A stretch of DNA of 32,000 nt from Jiangellaceae bacterium (GTDB lineage: Bacteria > Actinomycetota > Actinomycetes > Jiangellales > Jiangellaceae), in contig DASSDH010000109.1 of NCBI GenBank assembly GCA_035697245.1, positions 11,396-43,395 on the forward strand, given 5' to 3'. Shown here one piece after another: positions 8,826-17,614 of the stretch. Under the pieces are notes generated by a model that was given only the letters and a program-made list of their open reading frames with translations, searched no databases and was not told the DNA's origin. Numbering within the stretch: the first letter of the stretch is position 1; each line of letters opens with the position of its first letter. The position numbers and the translations under genes were made by a program.

Positions 8826-9149
8826 TCAGGCGGTGTAGGGCTCCAGGTCGCGCAGGAGAGCCGCCTTGGGTTTGGCGCCGATGATCTGCTTGACAACGTG
8901 GCCGCCGGAGAACACGTTCAGCGCCGGAATCGAAGTGATCCGGTACGCGGCGGCAGTCTCGGGGTTCTCGTCGACGTTGAGCTTGACGATGTCGAGTTTG
9001 CTCTGGTTGGCAGCGATCTCTTCCAGCACCGGGGCGATCATCCGGCACGGGCCGCACCATTCGGCCCAGAAGTCGACCAGAACCGGCTTGTCGTTCTCGA
9101 GCACGGTCTGAACGAAGTCATTGTCGGTGACGTGTTTGATGTCGCCCAC
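8826..9149 (-). CDS. trxA: Thioredoxin
   Basis: VLVDFWAEWCGPCRMIAP contains the WCGPC active site. 107 aa. GGAAGGA Shine-Dalgarno upstream of the GTG start. Confidence 0.95.
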   Translation of the reverse strand: MGDIKHVTDNDFVQTVLENDKPVLVDFWAEWCGPCRMIAPVLEEIAANQSKLDIVKLNVDENPETAAAYRITSIPALNVFSGGHVVKQIIGAKPKAALLRDLEPYTA

Positions 9150-9175
9150 AGGGATCCTTCCGAATGAGTCGATGG

Positions 9176-10174
9176 TCAGTGCTCGACCGCCGCCAGTTCG
9201 GCAGCGGGTTCAACGACGGCCGTGGTGTCTTCGTATGCGGCGAGAAACCGCTCCGCGTCCAACGCGGCCTCGCATCCGGTGCCCGCCGCGGTTACGGCTT
9301 GCCGGTAGATGTGGTCGACCAGGTCGCCGGCGGCGAACACGCCGATCACGTTCGTCCGCGTCGTGGGATGCTCGACCAGGACGTAGCCGTTCTCGTTCCG
9401 GTGCACCTGGCCGGCGACAAGCTCCGACCGTGGGTCGTGTCCGATCGCGACGAACAGGCCGCTCACAGCAAGGTTCCGTACCGCGCCGGTGACCGTGTCG
9501 CGCAGCGTCAGGGCGGAGACCTTGTCCTCACCGAGGATGTCGACGACCTCGGCGTTCCAGATGAACTCGATCTTGTCGTTGGCGAAGGCTCGCTCCTGCA
9601 TGACCTTCGATGCCCGAAGTTCGCCCCGGCGATGGATCACGTACACCTTCCGGGCAAACCTGGTCAAGAAGGTCGCCTCTTCCATCGCGGAGTCACCGCC
9701 GCCGACGACAGCAATGTCCTGGTCGCGGAAGAAAAAGCCGTCGCAGGTGGCGCACCACGAGACCCCATGTCCGGACAGCCGCTTCTCGTTCGGCAGGCCG
9801 AGCTCGCGATACCGCGAACCCATGGCGAGGATTACCGTGCGGGTCCGGTACTCGTTGCCGGAACCGTCCCGAACGATCTTGATCTCGCCGGTGAGGTCGA
9901 CCGCTTCGGCGTCGTCGGTGATGATCTCGGCGCCGAACCGCTCGGCCTGGGCGCGCATCTCGTCCATCAACGCGGGGCCCATGATCCCGTCGCGGAAGCC
10001 GGGGTAGTTCTCGACCTCGGTGGTGTTCATCAATGCGCCGCCCCAGCTCACCGAACCCTCGAGTACGAGAGGGGCCAGCCGAGCCCGGGCCGCGTAGATT
10101 GCGGCGGTGTAGCCCGCGGGGCCGGAGCCGATGATGATGACGTTACGGACGTCGGTCAATCTGGTGCCTTCCAT
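9176..10174 (-). CDS. trxB: Thioredoxin-disulfide reductase
   Basis: [20 protein letters not shown] (FAD GxGxxG), the CATCDG redox-active disulfide, and [12 protein letters not shown] (NADPH site). Confidence 0.95.
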   Translation of the reverse strand: MEGTRLTDVRNVIIIGSGPAGYTAAIYAARARLAPLVLEGSVSWGGALMNTTEVENYPGFRDGIMGPALMDEMRAQAERFGAEIITDDAEAVDLTGEIKIVRDGSGNEYRTRTVILAMGSRYRELGLPNEKRLSGHGVSWCATCDGFFFRDQDIAVVGGGDSAMEEATFLTRFARKVYVIHRRGELRASKVMQERAFANDKIEFIWNAEVVDILGEDKVSALTLRDTVTGAVRNLAVSGLFVAIGHDPRSELVAGQVHRNENGYVLVEHPTTRTNVIGVFAAGDLVDHIYRQAVTAAGTGCEAALDAERFLAAYEDTTAVVEPAAELAAVEH

Positions 10175-10222
10175 GACGGTCGTCGGGAACGACTGAGGCG
10201 TCCCTGCGATCCTGCCCCTCTC

Positions 10223-10249
10223 AACGGATCTTAAGCTGCCGGCATTCCC
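10223..10249 (-). promoter_or_regulatory. SigR/SigH/SigM-class ECF promoter upstream of trxB-trxA
   Basis: The minus strand reads GGGAAT (10249-10244), exactly 18 nt, then GTT (10225-10223). This is the GGAAT-N18-GTT consensus of thiol-stress ECF sigma factors. It lies 31 nt after the anti-sigma stop and about 50 nt before the trxB ATG. It is the only such match I found when scanning every GGAAT on both strands. Confidence 0.6.
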
Positions 10250-10279
10250 ACGCCTTGGCGACCACGGACGCGGCGAACA

Positions 10280-11089
10280 TCATTCGATCGGCACGGTGAG
10301 CTCGCGCAGCGCTTCGGCCACACCGGCACCGCAGGCGGGCAGGACGAAGCCTCGGGCAACGCCTGCCTCGCCGGCCTCGACGACCACGAGCACTGCTCCA
10401 GGTTGCCCGATGTCGGTACTCGCGACACCGATCAGTTCGGTGTCGAGCTCGCGGGCGAGCATGAGGCCGCAGTCAGCGGCAAACAGCGGCGAAGCCCTCG
10501 AGTCACCCCGGGCCGAGAGATCGGCGGCAGCGACCGCCCGGATCTGTTCGGTAAGAGTAGTGCGCTCCGCAGGCGCCGGTAGCGGTGGCTCCGGCGCGGC
10601 AGCCTCCGCCCCACCGGCTGCCTCGTCCTCGAGGCTGCCCGCTACTGCGCCGCTGTCGTTGTCGTCGCCGGAATCCGCGGCAGCACCCTCCGCACTCGTC
10701 GTGTCAGCCGAGTCCTCACCACCAGAGGTAGCAACGACGTAGCCACCGAAGGCCACAGCCGCAACGGTGGCCGCCGCCGCCAGTAGCTGAGGAAGTCGGC
10801 GACGGAACGGATGGATCGTCGCCGTCGACGCGGGCACAGGCTCACGGCGAGCCTGCACGCGTTCGGCCGCGATCGCGCTATCGATGCGCGCGGCTACGGC
10901 GGCGGGCATCGTGATCTCTGCCGGTGCCCCGGCCAGTCGGTCGCGGACGTCGCCGAGTCCGTTGAGGGTCGCTGAACACGTCGGACACTGCGCCAGGTGC
11001 TCGCGGACGTCGGTGGCCGCGGGTTGGTCGAGCAGGCCGTCGTCGTACTCCGCGAGCACCACGGCGTCGAGGTGGCCATCGGTCGTCAC
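10280..11089 (-). CDS. Membrane-anchored zinc-binding (ZAS/zf-HC2) anti-sigma factor
   Basis: The N-terminus HLAQCPTCSATL gives the HxxxCxxC motif. There is one TM segment (LPQLLAAAATVAAVAFGGYVVAT), an Ala/Asp/Ser-rich linker and a C-terminal extracytoplasmic domain. GTGA overlap with the sigma gene stop. Confidence 0.8.
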   Translation of the reverse strand: MTTDGHLDAVVLAEYDDGLLDQPAATDVREHLAQCPTCSATLNGLGDVRDRLAGAPAEITMPAAVAARIDSAIAAERVQARREPVPASTATIHPFRRRLPQLLAAAATVAAVAFGGYVVATSGGEDSADTTSAEGAAADSGDDNDSGAVAGSLEDEAAGGAEAAAPEPPLPAPAERTTLTEQIRAVAAADLSARGDSRASPLFAADCGLMLARELDTELIGVASTDIGQPGAVLVVVEAGEAGVARGFVLPACGAGVAEALRELTVPIE

Positions 11090-11691
11090 GGCTCACCTCC
11101 CAGAACTCTGGTGTCCACGTGCGCTGGCGTGGATGTGACGTCGCGGGCGGGTGCGGGGTTCCCAGCGGCCAGCAGGGGGAGTAGCCGCGCCCGCCCTCGA
11201 GCGCACCGGCTCTTCACCGTCCCGACCGGGCAGCCGAGCATCTCTGCGGCCTCCGCCACCGGGTAGCCCTCCATATCGACCAGCACGACGGCGAGTCGCT
11301 GCTCTGCGGGCAACGTCGCTAGCGCCGCCTCGACGTCGAGCCGGGTCGCCGCACGACTGCCCGGATCAGGGCCCAACGAGGGCGGATCAAGGTCGTCGTT
11401 CCATGCCACCGATGGCCGGGAAGCCGCCAGCCGGATCCGGTCCAAGCAGGCGTTGACGACGATCCGGTGCAGCCAGGTCGTGACGGAGGCATCGCCTCTG
11501 AACGAGGAGGCCCGCCGAAACGCGTTGATCAACGCGTCCTGCACGGCGTCGGCGGCATCCTCGGGGTTTCCGAGCGTCCGCAGCGCGACCGCCCACAACC
11601 GATCCCGATGTCGACGGACGAGCACGCCAAACGCTTCGTCGTCTCCCGCGACATGGCGGCGCAGCAGCTCCGCGTCGTCGGGGTCGCTCAC
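11086..11691 (-). CDS. sigM: ECF RNA polymerase sigma factor (SigM-like by position)
   Basis: Region 2 is DAVQDALINAFRRASSFRGDASVTTWLHRIVVNACLDRIR. Region 4 is LPAEQRLAVVLVDMEGYPVAEAAEMLGCPVGTVKSRCARGRARL. Same neighbourhood as M. tuberculosis Rv3911. Confidence 0.9.
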   Translation of the reverse strand: MSDPDDAELLRRHVAGDDEAFGVLVRRHRDRLWAVALRTLGNPEDAADAVQDALINAFRRASSFRGDASVTTWLHRIVVNACLDRIRLAASRPSVAWNDDLDPPSLGPDPGSRAATRLDVEAALATLPAEQRLAVVLVDMEGYPVAEAAEMLGCPVGTVKSRCARGRARLLPLLAAGNPAPARDVTSTPAHVDTRVLGGEP

Positions 11692-13223
11692 CCGAGCACC
11701 TCCACCTCGGACACGCCGCCGCGGAAGTCACCGCCGTCCGGTGGCAGGCGCGTGAACCACACCAGCACGTACCTGGTCGTGACCGGCGTGTCAAGGCTTA
11801 CCGGCACCGCCTGTTCGGTCTTCGCGGCCTCTGCCACCACGGTCCACTCGTCGATGGTTCCTGGCGGCTCAGCGGCGGCCTCCGGGGCAGCCCGAATCTC
11901 GATGTCTGAATCGGGACTGACCAAGGTCAGGTTGAGACCAGAGACGGCGACGGCGGCACCCAGGTCGAGGTAGATGCCAACCCCGGGTTTCTGGAGCTCT
12001 ATCGGGTCGAAGTACCTCATAGTGGTCCAGGAGGTCGACGGGTCGCCGTCGATGGCGAGTTGCGTGTCCTGCGGGTTCTCATCGCCGCTGCCATCTGGCG
12101 GCGGGTCGAAATCGGTGGCAGCAGAGATCGCCACCGGTGCGGCTTCAGGCGCGGGAGGAGGCGCCGCGACGCTGGTCGTCGTCGGGGCCGCCTCGGGGCT
12201 GGGTTCGCTGCCGTCGTCGTCGCTGTTGACCGTGCTGCGCAGGAGTTCGAGACCCAGCAGCGTCACCCCGCCGAGGAGCAGCGTGCCGACCAGCACGCCC
12301 AAGGCGCGGGCGAGCCCGGACCGCCGTCGAGGTGGCTCGTGGGCCCGTCGGGCCGGTGCGGGGGTGGGCGCCGGTGACACCACCGGATCGTCGATCACGG
12401 CCGGCGGCCGGTCGGTGTCGGTCCCGCCGTCGCCGAACCCGCCGATCAGGCCGTTGAGCCGACTCCCGCTCACGCCCACCGTCAAGGCCTCGAGCACATC
12501 GGCCGGACTGCGCAAGGGTGGTTCGTTGTGGCGCGCCGAATTTCCGAGCGTGCGGTCGACGACCTCGTCGAGTAGGCGCGGGACTCCGGGGCGGACCTGC
12601 CGGGGCGACGCGACCCGGCCGTCGATGTGCGGTGCGGCCGGCAGCCCGTGGCCGGCCCCGCCGGGCCATCGTGCAGTGAGCGCGGCGTAGAGCAGACTGC
12701 CGACGCCGGCGGCATCGAGCACGGCTGGGTCGGCGCTGTTCGCCGCGTGCAACGCCGCTTCGGTGGCGAGACCGGCGATCTTGACCCGCCCGTCAGGGGT
12801 GATGACGACGCTGCCCGGCCGGAGCAACTGGTGCGTCAGTCCCTCTTCGTGTGCGGTGGCCATCGCCGCCGCAACCTCCTGGGCCAAAGCAGCGGCTTGC
12901 TCGGAGCTGAGTGGGCCGTCGGCCAAGACCGTGGTGAGACTTCGGCCCGATGTCCACTCCCGCACGACGTATGCCACGCCATCCTCGACGTCGACGTCGA
13001 GCACCTGCAGGAACCGCGAGTCGCGCACCTGTGCCGCGGCACGGGCAGCGGCAGTCATCCGCGCGGCCCGCGGGTCGTCGGCCGACAGCGTCTGGACGTA
13101 AACAGCCCGGCTGAGAACCTCGTCGACCGCCCGCCAGGACCGCACACCTCCCACCTGGTCGAGGAGGTCCTCGACCCGGTAGCGCCCGGCCAGGATGCGA
13201 CTGGGGCCGGCCTGCTCGCTCAC
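11688..13223 (-). CDS. Membrane pseudokinase (MviN-type Ser/Thr kinase-like domain, TM segment, extracellular discoidin-like domain)
   Basis: Kinase fold with degenerate catalytic motifs: Gly loop DQVGGVRS, VAIK replaced by VYVQ, HRD replaced by HQL, DFG replaced by AGL. One TM segment (LGVLVGTLLLGGVTLLGL). The C-terminus AIDGDPSTSWTT...RYVLVWFT resembles the F5/8 type C galactose-binding fold. Confidence 0.85.
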   Translation of the reverse strand: MSEQAGPSRILAGRYRVEDLLDQVGGVRSWRAVDEVLSRAVYVQTLSADDPRAARMTAAARAAAQVRDSRFLQVLDVDVEDGVAYVVREWTSGRSLTTVLADGPLSSEQAAALAQEVAAAMATAHEEGLTHQLLRPGSVVITPDGRVKIAGLATEAALHAANSADPAVLDAAGVGSLLYAALTARWPGGAGHGLPAAPHIDGRVASPRQVRPGVPRLLDEVVDRTLGNSARHNEPPLRSPADVLEALTVGVSGSRLNGLIGGFGDGGTDTDRPPAVIDDPVVSPAPTPAPARRAHEPPRRRSGLARALGVLVGTLLLGGVTLLGLELLRSTVNSDDDGSEPSPEAAPTTTSVAAPPPAPEAAPVAISAATDFDPPPDGSGDENPQDTQLAIDGDPSTSWTTMRYFDPIELQKPGVGIYLDLGAAVAVSGLNLTLVSPDSDIEIRAAPEAAAEPPGTIDEWTVVAEAAKTEQAVPVSLDTPVTTRYVLVWFTRLPPDGGDFRGGVSEVEVLG

Positions 13224-14941
13224 GGCTCTCCCGCTCTCGGACGGGGTTCCGTGTCGCCAACCCCGCTGTCCCGCACGTCCATGCTAGGCGGCGTCCGGCC
13301 CAGCCGACGCCTCACCAGAGCGACGGCTTCGCGGACCTCCGAGATCCGGACCAGATAGGCGAACGTGACGAACGCAGTGAGGCCGACGGTTCCGCCCGCG
13401 GCGACGGCGAGGAGGTTGCCGAGCCAACCAGGTAGGCCGGCGAGTAGGTCATTGAGGAGCGCGGCCAGCCCGTACGCGAGCAACGCCGCAAACCCCGCAG
13501 GAATCGCCAGCCGAATGATGTGCAGGACCAGTGGCCATCGGCGCAGGCCTGTCAGTCTCCGGCCGAGTGATCCGATGCTGACCGCGGCTCCGAGGATGTA
13601 CGCCACGCTGTAGCCACTGGCCAACAGAACCGTTGCGCGGGAGGGCGCGAACGCGGCGATCAGCAGGGCAGAGATCACCATCGTCCCTGCCACCGACAGC
13701 TGGACGAAGAACGGTGTGCGCGTGTCCTGGAGTGCGTAGAAGCCGCGCAAGACGAGGTAGTGGACGGTGAACGCGACCAGGCCCGGAAGCAGGGCCACCA
13801 GGGTGACCGCGAGCACACCGGTCTCACCGGTGGCGGCGCCGTGGTCGAACAGCAGAGCCACGAGCGGGACGGACAATGCGGCGAGCAGGGCGGCCACGGG
13901 GATGATCACGGCCAGGCAGATCCTGATCCCGCTCACCAGCCGGTCCCGGACCAGCGTGAGGTCGCCGTCGGCGGCGTGGCTGGACAGCCTGGGCAGCAGG
14001 GCGGTCGCCAGCGACACCGTGATGACCGAGTGCGGAACCATCGTGATCAACATCGCGTTCGCGTAGACCGAGAAGCCCGCGCCCGATGTTCCGGAGCCGA
14101 CTACTGCCTGGGCCGACCCTCCGGTCGCTGCCTTGACGACGAACAGGTAGGCCACCTGGTTGACCAGGACGAAGGCGATCGTCCACAGCCCGAGCCGAGC
14201 AGCATGACCGAGCCCGGCGCGTCGCCAGTCCGTCCGCAGCCGGATGTGGAATCCCGCCCGGCGCAGCACCGGGACCAGGGCAAGCGCCTGCACGGCGACC
14301 CCGCACGTCGAACCCAGACCCAGAAAGAGGATCTCCCCGTCGGTGAAGGGCTCGGGAGTCTTCTGGCCCACGACGAGCAAGTACGAGGCGAACACGCTGA
14401 TGACGACGACGTTGTTGAGTATCGGCGCCCACATCATCGGCCCGAACCGGCCGCGGGCGTTCAGCATCTGCCCGACCAACACGTACAGGCCGTAGAAGAA
14501 GATCTGCGGCAGGCAGAATCGGGCAAAGAGCACCATGTTGTCGAAGAACGGTTCCAACTCGGGGCTGCGGTACTTCGAGTTGACGAACGTCGCGACGATC
14601 AGCGGGGCGGCGAGCACAGCTACGACCGTGGCCGCCCCGAGGACCACGACCACCACACTGAACAACCGCTGGCTGTAGGCTTCCCCGCCGTCGGCGTCTT
14701 CCTTGATTGCCCGCACGAGCACCGGAACGAGCACCGAGTTCAAAATCCCGCCGCCGACGAGGATGTAGAGCGTGGTCGGGATGACGTTGGGCACGTTGAA
14801 CGTGTCGGCCGTCACAGTTGCGAGCCCTAACGTTGCCGCGATCACCGCCGCTTTGGCGAAGCCGGTGATCCGCGACACCACCGTGCCGGTGGCCATGATG
14901 GCGCTGGAGCCGAGCAAGCCGCCTTGGGTGCTCACCGTCAC
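13220..14941 (-). CDS. murJ: Lipid II flippase MurJ (MviN)
   Basis: SSAIMATGTVVSRITGFAKAAVIAATLG...DTFNVPNVIPTTLYILVGGGILNSVLVPVLVR is the MurJ N-terminal signature. About 14 TM segments. GTGA overlaps at both ends. Confidence 0.95.
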   Translation of the reverse strand: MTVSTQGGLLGSSAIMATGTVVSRITGFAKAAVIAATLGLATVTADTFNVPNVIPTTLYILVGGGILNSVLVPVLVRAIKEDADGGEAYSQRLFSVVVVVLGAATVVAVLAAPLIVATFVNSKYRSPELEPFFDNMVLFARFCLPQIFFYGLYVLVGQMLNARGRFGPMMWAPILNNVVVISVFASYLLVVGQKTPEPFTDGEILFLGLGSTCGVAVQALALVPVLRRAGFHIRLRTDWRRAGLGHAARLGLWTIAFVLVNQVAYLFVVKAATGGSAQAVVGSGTSGAGFSVYANAMLITMVPHSVITVSLATALLPRLSSHAADGDLTLVRDRLVSGIRICLAVIIPVAALLAALSVPLVALLFDHGAATGETGVLAVTLVALLPGLVAFTVHYLVLRGFYALQDTRTPFFVQLSVAGTMVISALLIAAFAPSRATVLLASGYSVAYILGAAVSIGSLGRRLTGLRRWPLVLHIIRLAIPAGFAALLAYGLAALLNDLLAGLPGWLGNLLAVAAGGTVGLTAFVTFAYLVRISEVREAVALVRRRLGRTPPSMDVRDSGVGDTEPRPRAGEP

Positions 14942-17043
14942 CGGGCGGTCTCCCGCAGCGGCGCAGGCGTGGCCGCCGTCTCTTTCTGGTCGGCGATGTC
15001 CGGGGCCGGCCGTCGGCGGGCCCGGATCAGGCGGAGCACTGCTGCGGTCGCGAACAGGAAGACCGCCGCGATGACCACGATCCAGCCGATCGCGCCGTAG
15101 TCGGTGGCATTGACGATCATCTGTTGAGGCGGCCCGAGTGACGACCCGTCGGCAGCGGTGAGGCGCACGGTCACCGGAACCTTGCCGTTCGCCGTGGCCT
15201 CGGCCGTGACCTCCACCGTGGCGTTCTCCCCGGCGTTCACCCGCTGTGGAGGTACGTCGGCGACCGACATCCGGTCCGGGTAATCGGCCTGGACGTCGAC
15301 ACTGACCAGCACTGGTTGGGGGAGCCCGTTGCTGACGGTCAGTGGGAACGTTCCCTTGTCACCGGACAGGGTGACCGATTCGGGGATGAGCACGGCAACC
15401 TGGCTCAGTCGTGACGACACCATGCCTGTCCCGGTGGCGGCATACGTGGCGCCGGTCTCGAGAGCCGCCCGCCACGCGGTGGCCACAGCGCGCAGCGTCG
15501 ACAGCGGCAGCGCGGCGGTCAACGCCTCTGGCTCGGCGAGCAGCGCGGCGTAGCTGGCGGAGGCGCGTTGCAGGTCCGTTGCCGCTGCCACGTTTTCCCG
15601 CGGAAGCTGCGGCGGCGCGGCGGACGCGGCTGAGTCGAGGAGGACCTGCGTTCCTTGGACAGGAGCCGGCAGATCGGCGAGCGTGGCCGGCCGAACCCAC
15701 GGTGTCATGGTCCAGACCTCGACCAGCGCTTTCGCGACAGCGGCCGAGGGCTGCCAACCGTAGGGCGGCGCCGCAACCAGCGGTTGGGAAACCGGTGTGT
15801 CGTCGTCGGCCGCAAGGGCGACGAGTGCGGTCTCGGCCAGCCACGCTTGCCGCAACGCGGTGACCCCGGCCGCCGGGTCCGCGCCGAGCACGGCATCGAT
15901 GGCTGCCTCGAGGCCGTCGTCGGTGATGACGGCCTCGAGAGTGGTCTGTCCGGTGCGGACCTGAGCTGAAACGGCGTCGGTCGACGGTTCCACCGCGTCG
16001 GCCGACAGCACGACTGAGTGCGCACCGGCCGACGCCAACGCCGCCAGCGTGGCATCGTCGGCCACACCGCTTCCGGGCCAGGCAATCTCGCGGACCCCTG
16101 TCACCCCCGCCCGTCTTGCCCATTCCCGCGTAGCGTCGACCGCTTCGCTGGCGCTCTCGGCGGCCAGGTCCTCGCCTGCTGACGCAATGGCTGGCAGGTC
16201 AGGATTGGCGTAGGGAAGTAGGAACAGTTGGTCACCGTCGGTCGCTGCGGCGTACGCCTCCTGCCAGGATTCGGCATCAGCGGCGCCAACCCCTTCGGTC
16301 GTCGTGCCGTCCGGTCCGGTGACGCCATAGCCGTCGGTCATGGTGGCGACCGTCGTGAGCAGGTCAGGGTCGATTACCCACGTGACTGGGGTACTTCCGG
16401 GTGCCTTCACCAGGGTGGTGAGCGTCCCGTCGGGTCCGAGCCGATCGGCCATGCCGTCCGTGAGCAGCGTCCCGTCGGGCAGCAACGCAGGTTCGGTCGC
16501 AAGTGGCCAGAGCAGTGCGACTGGCACCGCTGCCAGTGCTTCGGCATCGGGAAGCCACGGCACGACGGTTCGCGTTGTCGCGAGCGTCAGTCGCTCGCCG
16601 TCGGCCGGGGTCGCCCGGATGTCGACGCCGATGGCGTACACGCCGGGATCGCCGAAGTTGATCTCGTCGACCTGAATCGAGAGCATGAACTCGGCCGTCT
16701 CGCCTGGTGCCAGCTCCGGATCGACTTCGTGGAAGAAGTCGGCATCGCGCTGCCCCCATCTCAGGTCGTCGTCGGTAGCGACGCGGCGAACGTCGACGCG
16801 GTCGTCGAGGGGGATGGCGCTGTAACGGAGAATGGCGTTGACGTCGCTCAGCGACTCTTCTCCGGTGTTCACGACGGTGCCGGCGAGGACGAGGTCGCCG
16901 CCCGGCGCCGGGACAGCAGGATCGACCGTCTGGATGGTCGCGAAAGCAGCCGGACCAGGGTCGCCAGCATGCACGGCAGGCGCGCTGAGTGCTGTCACCG
17001 CAGTTGTCAGCGCCACCGCGACGAGCACGGGCCGAAGCGTCAC
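14938..17043 (-). CDS. Large secreted/membrane-anchored protein of unknown function (Rv3909 / DUF6049-like by position)
   Basis: Signal peptide [27 protein letters not shown]-terminal TM anchor [27 protein letters not shown]. Beta-sandwich-like segments near both ends ([15 protein letters not shown]; [20 protein letters not shown]). High GC3. No catalytic motif that I recognise. Confidence 0.8.
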   Translation of the reverse strand: MTLRPVLVAVALTTAVTALSAPAVHAGDPGPAAFATIQTVDPAVPAPGGDLVLAGTVVNTGEESLSDVNAILRYSAIPLDDRVDVRRVATDDDLRWGQRDADFFHEVDPELAPGETAEFMLSIQVDEINFGDPGVYAIGVDIRATPADGERLTLATTRTVVPWLPDAEALAAVPVALLWPLATEPALLPDGTLLTDGMADRLGPDGTLTTLVKAPGSTPVTWVIDPDLLTTVATMTDGYGVTGPDGTTTEGVGAADAESWQEAYAAATDGDQLFLLPYANPDLPAIASAGEDLAAESASEAVDATREWARRAGVTGVREIAWPGSGVADDATLAALASAGAHSVVLSADAVEPSTDAVSAQVRTGQTTLEAVITDDGLEAAIDAVLGADPAAGVTALRQAWLAETALVALAADDDTPVSQPLVAAPPYGWQPSAAVAKALVEVWTMTPWVRPATLADLPAPVQGTQVLLDSAASAAPPQLPRENVAAATDLQRASASYAALLAEPEALTAALPLSTLRAVATAWRAALETGATYAATGTGMVSSRLSQVAVLIPESVTLSGDKGTFPLTVSNGLPQPVLVSVDVQADYPDRMSVADVPPQRVNAGENATVEVTAEATANGKVPVTVRLTAADGSSLGPPQQMIVNATDYGAIGWIVVIAAVFLFATAAVLRLIRARRRPAPDIADQKETAATPAPLRETAR

Positions 17044-17576
17044 GATGGGTCCGCCTCTTGCAGCAACTGGGGGAGCCGGTCCAGCAGCCTACGCTCAGAC
17101 GCGTAGCGCAACCGCGTCGCGAGCTCGTCGAGCGGCACCCACGCCACTTCGCTCACCTCGAGCTCCTCGGTTCCCAGGAAGCCACCGGTCGCCTCGAGGA
17201 GGAAATGGTGCACTGTCTTGTGCACCCGGCGGTCACCGGCGACGAACCAGTATTCGATCGGCCCCAGCATGGAGACGACCCGGGCGTCGAGGCCGGTCTC
17301 CTCGCGCACCTCCCGTACGGCGGCCTGCTCCGGCGTCTCACCCGGCTCGACGTGGCCCTTCGGCAGCACCCACTCCAGCCGCCCACGTCGGTCGATGCGG
17401 CCGATCAACGCCGCTCGAGTCGCGGCACTGATCCGATCGACGACCAGGCCGCCTGCGGAGGTCTCCCGGACTGAGCGCAGGCGTCCACGCGGGGTCGCCC
17501 GGTTGCCATGGCGGCGGCGCGCACCATTGCGCCGATCACCGAATCCGTCCGCAGGGGGGGACGGGAGGCCGGGCAT
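17040..17576 (-). CDS. mutT4: NUDIX hydrolase (MutT4-like) with an Arg-rich N-terminal tail
   Basis: Nudix box [25 protein letters not shown] (GX5EX7REUXEEXGU). ETSAGGLVV precedes it, as in Rv3908. I call the start at ATG 17576; the track start at 17867 would run through the divergent cca gene. Confidence 0.85.
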   Translation of the reverse strand: MPGLPSPPADGFGDRRNGARRRHGNRATPRGRLRSVRETSAGGLVVDRISAATRAALIGRIDRRGRLEWVLPKGHVEPGETPEQAAVREVREETGLDARVVSMLGPIEYWFVAGDRRVHKTVHHFLLEATGGFLGTEELEVSEVAWVPLDELATRLRYASERRLLDRLPQLLQEADPS

Positions 17577-17582
17577 CCACCC

Positions 17583-17606
17583 AGGGTATCTGCGCCCCCG
17601 TACGCT
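17583..17606. promoter_or_regulatory. Back-to-back -10 elements for the divergent nudix operon and cca, at leaderless spacing
   Basis: Only 38 bp separate ATG 17576 (minus) from GTG 17615 (plus). TACCCT (reverse complement of 17583-17588) ends 6 nt before the ATG. TACGCT (17601-17606) ends 8 nt before the GTG. Both fit TANNNT, and neither side has a properly spaced Shine-Dalgarno. Confidence 0.4.
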
Positions 17607-17614
17607 GGTGCGCC

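Noticed and set aside
8821-8828. TGACGTCA (CRE-like 8-bp palindrome) overlapping the trxA stop, and TACGAT (-10-like) at 8794-8799 upstream of cwlM
   Set aside because: Short motifs expected by chance, and no supporting -35 element or repeat. A cwlM promoter here is plausible but not demonstrable from the sequence.
9164-10234. 356-aa plus-strand ORF antisense to trxB
   Set aside because: Antisense artefact. The minus strand encodes a complete thioredoxin reductase with FAD, NADPH and CATC motifs.
13760-14830. 356-aa plus-strand ORF antisense to murJ
   Set aside because: The highly charged product (R/D/E/H/Q) is the mirror of a hydrophobic membrane protein frame, which is a classical antisense artefact.
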